Assembly: GCA_021787205.1 (NCBI GenBank)
Contig: JAJYME010000002.1
Coordinates: forward strand, 1 to 52,694
From: a bacterium
GTDB taxonomy: Bacteria > Patescibacteriota > Minisyncoccia > UBA6257 > Colwellbacteraceae
DNA length: 52,694 nt
Direction of reading: 5' to 3'
Part shown: one piece after another, positions 37,572 to 44,394 of the stretch
Position numbering within the stretch: the first letter of the stretch is position 1
Layout: each line of letters starts with the position of its first letter
Program-made: the position numbers and the translations under genes
The notes under the pieces: model-generated
Seen by the model: only the letters and a program-made list of their open reading frames with translations
Told to the model about the DNA's origin: nothing
The model's database searches: none

Positions 37572-39482
37572 ATGGAAAATACACCAGAAAAAAACAACGA
37601 AAAAGGCAATATGACTCCTCGACGCCCGCTCAGGGTCAAGACCTTTGAAAAATCAAAAAAAGAAATCCCTCATGGGGATGAAAGAGCCCAGAAAACAGGA
37701 GCTCAAAGAACAGACCGTGGGCAAAGACCAAAGAGAAAAATACAGAAACCGGTAGTAAAAGGAGGTGTTTTTAACGTCACTAACACCGACTTACCCTCGA
37801 CTATGAAGAAACCAAAGGATGATTCAGCGGTTTACTTCGTTGGTTTGGGAGGACTGGAAGAAATCGGACGCAATATGTCCTTTTTTGAATATAAGGACGA
37901 AATCGTGGCGATCGACGCCGGAATCCAGTTTCCGGAAGAAGAAACTCCCGGAGTTGACTACATCATTCCCAATACCGCCTATTTGGAAGGCAGGAAGAGC
38001 GCTGTCAAAGCCCTTATAATCACCCACGCCCACTACGACCACATCGGCGCCATACCTTATCTGATTGATAAGATTGGCAATCCTCCGATTTACACCACGC
38101 GTCTGGGCAAAGAAATGATCCAAAAGAGACAGTCAGAGTTCATCAACTCCCCGAGGCTCGATATAAGAGTGGTCTCCAATGGAGACAAGATTCGTCTCTC
38201 GCCTAACTTTGAAGCTGAGTTCTTCGATGTTTCCCACTCAATTCCGGATTCAACCGGGCTGATCCTTAAGACCCCGGCCGGAAATATGGCTACCTTCGGA
38301 GACTTCAGAATTGAATACAATTCAGAAGGAGTTCCTAAGAATTTGGAAGAGTTGAAGTTCTTAAGGGATGCCAACATCCACACCCTTCTGCTTGATTCCA
38401 CTAACGCTGAGAATCCAGGAAAATCACTTTCTGAGGAAACCGTCGTCAAGAATCTTGAAGAAATTTTCAGACAGGCCGAAGGAAGAATTATCGTCGGAGT
38501 TTTCTCCACCCTCTTGGCCAGAGTCGGAGAAATCATCAAGATTGCCGAAAAGCTCAACAGAAAAGTGGTCTTTTCCGGACGATCAATCAAAGACAATTCG
38601 GAAATAGCCAAGAATCTTGGTTATATCAAGATAAAACCGGATACGGTCATCGCGCCAGAAGAAATGAGGAAGTATAGGGACAACCAACTTCTTGTCTTAT
38701 CAACTGGAGCCCAGGGCGAATCAAACGCCTCCTTGATGAAAATCGTAACCGGGGAACACAGGATGATCCGCATCAAGAAGGGCGACTCAGTCGTCTTCTC
38801 TTCATCAATCATTCCTGGCAATGAACGCAGCGTCCAGATATTGAAGGATAACCTCGTCCGCCAGGGCGCGATTATTTACCACAATAAGCTGGTTGATATC
38901 CATGCTACCGGACACGCGCCCAGCGATGAAATCAAGATGGTCTTACAAACCGTAAAACCAAGATATTTCATCCCCATCCACGGACACCTTTTCCACAGGC
39001 ACGCCAATAAAAGAAACGCGGTTTCTGTCGGAATCGATGAAAAGAATGTCTTAATTCCCGACAACGGAGAGCGTGTAAAAATGACGCCGGAAAAAATCTC
39101 CTTATGTGGAGAGAACCTTCCCGTTTCATACGTCATGGTTGACGGATTGGGAGTCGGTGACGTTTCGGAAGTCGTTTTGAGAGACAGAAGGCTCCTTTCC
39201 CAGGAAGGAATGATAACTATCGTTCTCCCCATCCTCAGGAAAGAAATGAAGTTAATAAAAAATCCAGATATCATCACCAGGGGTTTCATTTATATCAAGG
39301 AGAATCCCAAAATGATTGAAGATATCAGGATGAAAACGAAGAGCATCCTCTCGCGCTTGCCCAAAGATGTCGAGTATGATGGCGAATATTTGAAAACGAT
39401 GCTGAGAGACCAGGTTGGACAATTTGTTTATTCAAAAACAAATCGCCGACCGATGATCTTACCTATCATTATAGAAATGTAA
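37572..39482 (+). CDS. rnj: Ribonuclease J with a Lys/Arg-rich N-terminal extension
   Basis: MBL motif ITHAHYDHIGA, beta-CASP region, HATGHA motif. About 80-aa basic N-terminal tail. Confidence 0.92.
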   Translation: MENTPEKNNEKGNMTPRRPLRVKTFEKSKKEIPHGDERAQKTGAQRTDRGQRPKRKIQKPVVKGGVFNVTNTDLPSTMKKPKDDSAVYFVGLGGLEEIGRNMSFFEYKDEIVAIDAGIQFPEEETPGVDYIIPNTAYLEGRKSAVKALIITHAHYDHIGAIPYLIDKIGNPPIYTTRLGKEMIQKRQSEFINSPRLDIRVVSNGDKIRLSPNFEAEFFDVSHSIPDSTGLILKTPAGNMATFGDFRIEYNSEGVPKNLEELKFLRDANIHTLLLDSTNAENPGKSLSEETVVKNLEEIFRQAEGRIIVGVFSTLLARVGEIIKIAEKLNRKVVFSGRSIKDNSEIAKNLGYIKIKPDTVIAPEEMRKYRDNQLLVLSTGAQGESNASLMKIVTGEHRMIRIKKGDSVVFSSSIIPGNERSVQILKDNLVRQGAIIYHNKLVDIHATGHAPSDEIKMVLQTVKPRYFIPIHGHLFHRHANKRNAVSVGIDEKNVLIPDNGERVKMTPEKISLCGENLPVSYVMVDGLGVGDVSEVVLRDRRLLSQEGMITIVLPILRKEMKLIKNPDIITRGFIYIKENPKMIEDIRMKTKSILSRLPKDVEYDGEYLKTMLRDQVGQFVYSKTNRRPMILPIIIEM

Positions 39483-39485
39483 TAA

Positions 39486-39512
39486 AAGACCGCCCAAAGA
39501 GGCGGTTTTTTA
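39486..39512 (+). terminator. Intrinsic terminator of rnj
   Basis: ACCGCC-CAAAGA-GGCGGT followed by TTTTTT. Confidence 0.8.
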
Positions 39513-39600
39513 TTCCTTCGGAAGAAAAGATTCCAGAATAGCAAGAATGAGAGTAAGTGACAAAAAGAAAAAAGTGTGATAGATTATTACCATCGTCAGA

Positions 39601-39674
39601 GGACAGTTAGCTCAGCTGGTTAGAGCGTCTCGTTTACACCGAGAAGGTCAGGGGTTCGAATCCCTTACTGTCCA
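39601..39674 (+). tRNA. tRNA-Val (anticodon TAC); CCA not encoded
   Basis: Acceptor GGACAGT/ACTGTCC, D arm GCTCAGCTGGTTAGAGC, anticodon arm TCTCG-TTTACAC-CGAGA, T arm AGGGG-TTCGAAT-CCCTT, discriminator A. Confidence 0.9.
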
Positions 39675-39762
39675 CAAAAATCTTAACTATTAATTACAGG
39701 ATTGGAACCACCGAGATAACTCCGCCGGATCTACCTCGGGAGTCCGCCAACCCCTTATTCAT

Positions 39763-40212
39763 ATGATTACCTTTTTATTTGCCGGCGGAAAGACCGAACC
39801 GGATCTGGATTCCGCCTTTTCGCATTATTTGGCTAAACTTAACAAGATTGCCGACTCAAAAGTCATATTCATCAACTCCAGAGAAACTTCACCAGAAAAG
39901 ATAAAGAAAGACGAGAGCGATAAAATCTTAAAAAACATAGCTAAGAACTCTCTCACGATTCTCTTTGATGAGACCGGCAAGGTCGGAGATTCTTTGGAAT
40001 ATGCCAAAGTCATCGAGTCATCGCCATATTCCGACCTCTCAATCATCATTGGCGGATCTTACGGAGTTTCCGACGAAATAAAGGCAAGGAGCCAAAGAAT
40101 CATTTCTTTTGGAAGAATGGTCTTTCCCCACCAATTAGCCAGACTGATGGCAATCGAGCAAACCTACCGAGCGATTCTCATAAACAAAGGATCGGACTAT
40201 CATCACAAATAA
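39763..40212 (+). CDS. rlmH: 23S rRNA (pseudouridine1915-N3)-methyltransferase RlmH (SPOUT)
   Basis: IIGGSYGVSDEIKARSQRIISFGRMVFPHQLARLMAIEQTYRA is the typical RlmH C-terminus. Confidence 0.88.
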   Translation: MITFLFAGGKTEPDLDSAFSHYLAKLNKIADSKVIFINSRETSPEKIKKDESDKILKNIAKNSLTILFDETGKVGDSLEYAKVIESSPYSDLSIIIGGSYGVSDEIKARSQRIISFGRMVFPHQLARLMAIEQTYRAILINKGSDYHHK

Positions 40213-40235
40213 ACCGCCCAGGGGGGCGGTTTTTA
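40211..40235 (+). terminator. Bidirectional terminator (rlmH / RNHCP gene)
   Basis: AAACCGCCC-AGGG-GGGCGGTTT followed by TT. Confidence 0.8.
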
Positions 40236-40700
40236 GTTCTTTATAAAATTGCCAAATAGCTGGCGATAGACCTCATCCTTATCTTTTTCCTCAAGGATCT
40301 CGATCTTTTCCTCCTTCAATGATTCTTTCTCCGCCTCCGATAAAGACAGAGTCTTAGAAAACAGTTTCAAGATCTCGGCCTCATCATCGTCGCCAGCCAA
40401 ACGGTTTATCGATATTTTGCGACACTTGTCACATAGATGGACGATCATCAACTCCCCCTGTTTTTTTCTCCCATACTTATCGACGCCCTCCTGTTTAAAG
40501 GTCAGGGCAACCGGCACCATGATTCCCAAGCAATCAGAGGCGCGGTCTCCGGAGACATCCCGATCGAGGTGTCTCGAGCTCAAACACTTGCGACAATGAT
40601 TCCTATTCTTTGTGCCGATAAGATTGCTAATCTCGTTTCTTTCACCGCAAACCGAACAGATGAATGGACCAAAAGTATCTTCGCTATTTCTAGTAAGCAT
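40233..40700 (-). CDS. RNHCP-domain zinc-ribbon protein
   Basis: FICSVCGERNE...NRNHCRKCLSSRHLD...VHLCDKCRKISINR (Cys pairs plus an RNHC motif). ATG at 40698-40700 lies 7 nt after TGATAGTAT. Confidence 0.7.
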   Translation of the reverse strand: MLTRNSEDTFGPFICSVCGERNEISNLIGTKNRNHCRKCLSSRHLDRDVSGDRASDCLGIMVPVALTFKQEGVDKYGRKKQGELMIVHLCDKCRKISINRLAGDDDEAEILKLFSKTLSLSEAEKESLKEEKIEILEEKDKDEVYRQLFGNFIKN

Positions 40701-40743
40701 TGTCAAAATACTATCAGAGATTTCAGCAAAACTCAAAAATCCA

Positions 40744-40770
40744 CAAGTTATCCACATTGTGGATAACTTG
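40744..40770. promoter_or_regulatory. 27-bp perfect palindrome containing two convergent perfect DnaA boxes
   Basis: CAAGTTATCCACA-T-TGTGGATAACTTG (TTATCCACA at 40748-40756, TGTGGATAA at 40758-40766). An extra ATCCACA lies at 40737-40743. Confidence 0.75.
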
Positions 40771-40870
40771 TGTCATTCTGTCGCAAAATATACCGTCACT
40801 CAATTCTCAACCTTCCCCTGATCGGCAAGCCAGGATAGGTCGTTTCCAACAAACAAGCTAGGAGAACCGG

Positions 40871-40957
40871 TGACAGCGCCTGGCGATGACAAACCACAAT
40901 GACTGACAAGCTTGTGACAAGGCGGTGACAAGATGGTGACAATGGAGTCTTGTCACA
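40871..40957. repeat. Cluster of (G)TGACA(A) boxes, three of them phased at exactly 11 bp
   Basis: TGACA at 40871, 40887, 40904, 40915, 40926 and 40937, and inverted (TGTCA) at 40951. A second cluster lies at about 41296-41425. Confidence 0.8.
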
Positions 40958-41109
40958 AACTTGTGGCCAATTCCTTTGACATTAGGAGTGAAGGATAAGA
41001 CAAATGACAAAAAAGACGAGTTCTTTTTGAACTCTGTTTACACATTTTGTTTTCACATGTCGCAAAATAATGTGTAAACAAAATGTGTAAACAGCAATAG
41101 TAAAAGTAA

Positions 41110-41133
41110 AAAATGTTTGCCGGCAAACATTTT
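41110..41133. repeat. 24-bp perfect palindrome AAAATGTTTGCC|GGCAAACATTTT
   Basis: Read directly from the sequence. Outer arms TGTTT...AAACA match the architecture of the parS consensus TGTTTCACGTGAAACA. Confidence 0.9.
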
Positions 41134-41224
41134 GAAACAAAAAACAGGCAAAGCGTGTGTAAACGGCAAACATCATCCCCTGTTTTTGTGTAAACAGCAA
41201 ACACTTTGTCCAAAAATACGCTAA

Positions 41225-41824
41225 AAGTGTTTGACGTTTACACACCTGCCGTTGTTTTTGTGGAAACAGTGTGTAGACGGCAAACACTGATCCCCCTCGT
41301 TGACAGTGACAAAGCCGTTGACAAGAGAGCTGACAATACCAGTGTCAAAGCAAAAAGACAAGACAAAGACCAAGCTCCGGACAGTGAAAAGGAAAAAGAG
41401 ACGTGTAAAAAGAGGGGGTGACAAAAAACAAGAAGTGTTTGACGTTTACACACCTGCCGTTTTTTTGTGGAAACAATGTGTAGACGGCAAACATTTTGTG
41501 CAGAAAAAAGATATAAGTGTTTGACGTTTACACACCTACCTTTGTTTTTGTGGAAACAGTGTGTAGACGGCAAACAAAAAGATCAAGAACAAACAAGGAG
41601 TGTGTAGACGGCAAACATTTTGTGCAGAAAAAAGATATAAGTGTTTGACGTTTACACACCTGCCTTTGTTTTTGTGGAAACAGTGTGTAGACGGCAAACA
41701 AAAAGATCAAGAACAAACAAGGAGTGTGTAGACGGCAAACATTTTGTGCAGAAAAAAGATATAAGTGTTTGACGTTTACACACCTGCCTTTGTTTTTGTG
41801 GAAACAGTGTGTAGACGGCAAACA
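41225..41824 (+). repeat. Array of iteron-like units. One 62-bp unit, one 82-bp unit, two full 124-bp tandem units and one truncated unit.
   Basis: Units start at 41225, 41433, 41515, 41639 and 41763 (AAGTGTTTGACGTTTACACACCTGCC...). Seven perfect TGTGTAGACGGCAAACA boxes, plus two variants upstream (41156, 41187) and five inverted partners TGTTTGACGTTTACACA. Confidence 0.92.
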
Positions 41825-41830
41825 CCAGTC

Positions 41831-41864
41831 AGCAGAAAATGTTTGCCGACAAACATTTTCTGCT
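41831..41864. repeat. 34-nt palindrome/hairpin AGCAGAAAATGTTTG-CCGA-CAAACATTTTCTGCT
   Basis: 15-bp perfect arms. Shares the core AAAATGTTTGCCG.CAAACATTTT with the palindrome at 41110. Confidence 0.9.
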
Positions 41865-41904
41865 CTTCCGTGATATACTAGAGAGAGACATCCATTAATG
41901 ATAA

Positions 41905-41914
41905 GGGGGGGGGG
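41905..41914. repeat. G10 homopolymer tract
   Basis: ATAAGGGGGGGGGGACAC, 55 nt upstream of the yraN start. Confidence 0.9.
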
Positions 41915-41969
41915 ACACTAATTATTTTGCGACAGTATTAACGGATGCTAACGAAATAAAAAATAACAA

Positions 41970-42350
41970 ATGTCAAGCAAAGACGTGGGTGATTTGGGCG
42001 AGAGCTTAGCCGTCGATTATCTGCAAAAGAAGGGTTGCAAAATCATTGCAAGAAACTGGCGTTGCAGATTCGCCGAGCTGGATATCATAGCCACAGATCC
42101 CGACAATACCCTCTTGATCGTGGAGGTTAAAAGCTCAAAAACGATAATTGACAAAAGTGCCGATTTCTTTCCTGAAATTCACTTTAACGCAACCAAAAGA
42201 AATCGGGTAAGGGCGGCGGGGCTTTACTACGCGAACGCCCAAAAAGATCCGACTAACAAGGATGGGGGTTTCAGGGTCGACCTGATATGCGTCGACATCG
42301 ATCAGGATAAAAAAGGATTCCGGATAAGGCATTATAAAAACGTCACCTAA
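41970..42350 (+). CDS. yraN: YraN-family (UPF0102) putative endonuclease
   Basis: GESLAVDYLQKKGCKIIARNWRCRFAELDIIA...LLIVEVKS matches the YraN/PD-(D/E)xK pattern. Confidence 0.85.
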   Translation: MSSKDVGDLGESLAVDYLQKKGCKIIARNWRCRFAELDIIATDPDNTLLIVEVKSSKTIIDKSADFFPEIHFNATKRNRVRAAGLYYANAQKDPTNKDGGFRVDLICVDIDQDKKGFRIRHYKNVT

Positions 42351-42400
42351 GGACAAAAAAATATTTACAAATAACAAAAAATGTTTAACATATCAAACAT

Positions 42401-42667
42401 ATGCCAAGAACTAAATCCGCTAAAAAAGCGCTCAGGCAATCAATTACCAAAAAAGAACACAATATCGAAAAGAATAAGGTTCTTAAAAGCGTAATTAATA
42501 CATACAAAAAAGCTGCCGCTTCCGGTAATACCAAAGAAGCTGCAGAAATGTTGCCTAAGGTTTATAAGACTCTTGATAAAGCGGCTAAAACCAATCTTAT
42601 TAAAAAGAATAAGGCTAATCGCTTAAAAGGAAGATTAACAAAGACCATAAACAAAAAAACCGCCTAG
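42401..42667 (+). CDS. rpsT: 30S ribosomal protein S20
   Basis: MPRTKSAKKALRQS... 88 aa, basic helical protein typical of S20. Confidence 0.92.
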   Translation: MPRTKSAKKALRQSITKKEHNIEKNKVLKSVINTYKKAAASGNTKEAAEMLPKVYKTLDKAAKTNLIKKNKANRLKGRLTKTINKKTA

Positions 42668-42681
42668 TTGGCGGTTTTTTA
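42655..42681 (+). terminator. Bidirectional terminator (rpsT / holA-like)
   Basis: AAACCGCC-TAGTT-GGCGGTTT followed by TTTT. Confidence 0.8.
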
Positions 42682-43473
42682 TTTCAGGGCAAAATCTAAT
42701 AAGACCTCTTCGTAATTCAAGTTGCCTGATTTGACAGCAACATCATAATCGGCAAAACGAGCATACCAATCTTCAGCTCTTTCAGATTTGGGAGCCGTAG
42801 CGCTCAGGAGATTAAAAGCGTGCCCGGCGTCGGCATCCAGATAGGAAAAGATTATTTCGAGATAGAACATCTTTTCGGCTCTGGTTTTAGAGTAGCGGAG
42901 TTTGCTAATGGCAGAGAACAGCTCATAGCCCGAGTAATCATCCTTCTGGATATTCTCATGGGAAAAGGAGAGGCGGTCAATTTCATTAACCATCCCGGTA
43001 AGATCGTTTCCGAAACTCTCGATCATACTCGAAGCATCGGAATCAGTCAGGGACAAACCTCTTCTTCTGGCCTCCTTCTGGATAAAATCCACCAAAGAGC
43101 GACTTTCAGGAACCGAAAATTCCTTAGTAATTGAAGCCTCCGAGAGAAGGGCATTGAACTCAGCCGGAAGTTTGGTGGCCGAGATGAGAATGACGTTCCT
43201 TTCATCCTTTTTGACCAATTCCAGCAGAGTGAGGAAATCTTTAAGATCTGATTTCCCCAGGGTAGCAGAATCAAATCCTTGAAAGGAACAAAGCTTTATA
43301 GGGCTGAAAAAGGAGAAGTTTCTGACAAAATCGACAACCTCTGGAAGGGAGTTCTCGGGAAAAGAGAACTTCTGGACGCCGAGATTTCCATGTTTTTTAA
43401 CAAACTCATCAACCAAGGCGTTGGCATATCGGGATCTCTCAAACTCATTGTCTCCGGAGAGTAAAATCAGCAT
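42679..43473 (-). CDS. holA: DNA polymerase III delta subunit-like protein (short)
   Basis: 264 aa. The MLILLSGDNEFERSRY N-terminus and overall helical pattern resemble short HolA proteins. No sharp motif, so this is tentative. Confidence 0.55.
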   Translation of the reverse strand: MLILLSGDNEFERSRYANALVDEFVKKHGNLGVQKFSFPENSLPEVVDFVRNFSFFSPIKLCSFQGFDSATLGKSDLKDFLTLLELVKKDERNVILISATKLPAEFNALLSEASITKEFSVPESRSLVDFIQKEARRRGLSLTDSDASSMIESFGNDLTGMVNEIDRLSFSHENIQKDDYSGYELFSAISKLRYSKTRAEKMFYLEIIFSYLDADAGHAFNLLSATAPKSERAEDWYARFADYDVAVKSGNLNYEEVLLDFALK

Positions 43474-43482
43474 ATGAACGAA

Positions 43483-44346
43483 TTATCGCCTAATCTGGCA
43501 TTTAGGGCAATATCTGGCCGTCCGACCGGCTATTTTCATCTTTTTGATCGGCATCTTGCAGCGCCTGCAGAGCTGCCCTTCACGCTTGTAAACCAAGGTA
43601 TCCAAAGCGTAGCGGCCAGCCGCCCCCTCGACGTTCCGATAATCGGAAATGGAAGATCCTCCCAGCTCTATCGCCAAAGCCAGGATCTCGTGAATCGACT
43701 TCAAAAGCATCTTGATTTCCTTGTCCGACAAAGATCGAGAAACTGTTTCCGGATGGATCTTTGATTTCCACAGAACTTCATCCGCATAAATATTACCAAG
43801 GCCGGCAATCTTTGTTTGGTCAAGGAGGACTTGTTTTATTTTTCTGCCGCTCGCATTAAGAACTGTCTTCAATTCCTTAAAATCAATTGTCGGAGCCTCC
43901 GTTCCGAACTTTCCGATCTCGGCTTCAATCATTTCCGTCGGACCGGAAATCATCTTTCCAAACTTCCTAAGATCAGAGAAACCCAACATCCTTTTATCAT
44001 CCAGGGTGAAAATCGCCCTGATATATCCGTTGACTTTCTCCCTGACTGATCCGTCCGAGACGGGAAGCATCTTTCCTTTTTCAATCTTCCATTTGGCAAA
44101 AATGAAATGACCCGTCATCTTCAGATGAACCAGCAGGGAATAACCGCCCTCAAAATCGACGATAATATTCTTGGCCCGCCTGCGAACATTAATTATTTTT
44201 TTGTTTTTTATCTCGGATACGAATTGGTCTACCGACTTGTTCTTGATCAGCTTAGGGGTATCCGTCCAAAAAGAAACGATTTTTTTATTAAGAAGGTTAG
44301 GTCTTAGCCCCCTGACAACCGTCTCCACTTCCGGTAATTCTGGCAT
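43483..44346 (-). CDS. mutM: Formamidopyrimidine-DNA glycosylase
   Basis: N-terminal MPELPEVE, H2TH region, C-terminal zinc finger CRRC...CPKC. Confidence 0.93.
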   Translation of the reverse strand: MPELPEVETVVRGLRPNLLNKKIVSFWTDTPKLIKNKSVDQFVSEIKNKKIINVRRRAKNIIVDFEGGYSLLVHLKMTGHFIFAKWKIEKGKMLPVSDGSVREKVNGYIRAIFTLDDKRMLGFSDLRKFGKMISGPTEMIEAEIGKFGTEAPTIDFKELKTVLNASGRKIKQVLLDQTKIAGLGNIYADEVLWKSKIHPETVSRSLSDKEIKMLLKSIHEILALAIELGGSSISDYRNVEGAAGRYALDTLVYKREGQLCRRCKMPIKKMKIAGRTARYCPKCQIRR

Positions 44347-44361
44347 AACATTAGTTTGGCA

Positions 44362-44394
44362 AAAAACAAAAAATCCCGCAAATGCGGGATTTTT
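44362..44394 (-). terminator. Intrinsic terminator of the histidine kinase gene
   Basis: ATCCCGCA-AA-TGCGGGAT flanked by A/T runs. Confidence 0.75.

Noticed and set aside
40953-41821. ORF-track ORFs inside the repeat region (40953-41213, 40982-41287, 41206-41421, 41221-41424, 41238-41573, 41300-41524, 41528-41821)
   Set aside because: They are open only because the repeats lack stops. Their sequences are Cys/His/Lys/Phe-rich translations of the iterons, they overlap each other on both strands, and they lack start contexts. Treated as non-coding.
41225-41824. Possible CRISPR array (regularly spaced repeats)
   Set aside because: The sequences between the repeated boxes are themselves repeated almost identically (124-bp tandem units), so there are no unique spacers. 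Repeat lengths and spacing do not fit CRISPR, and there are no cas genes in the window.
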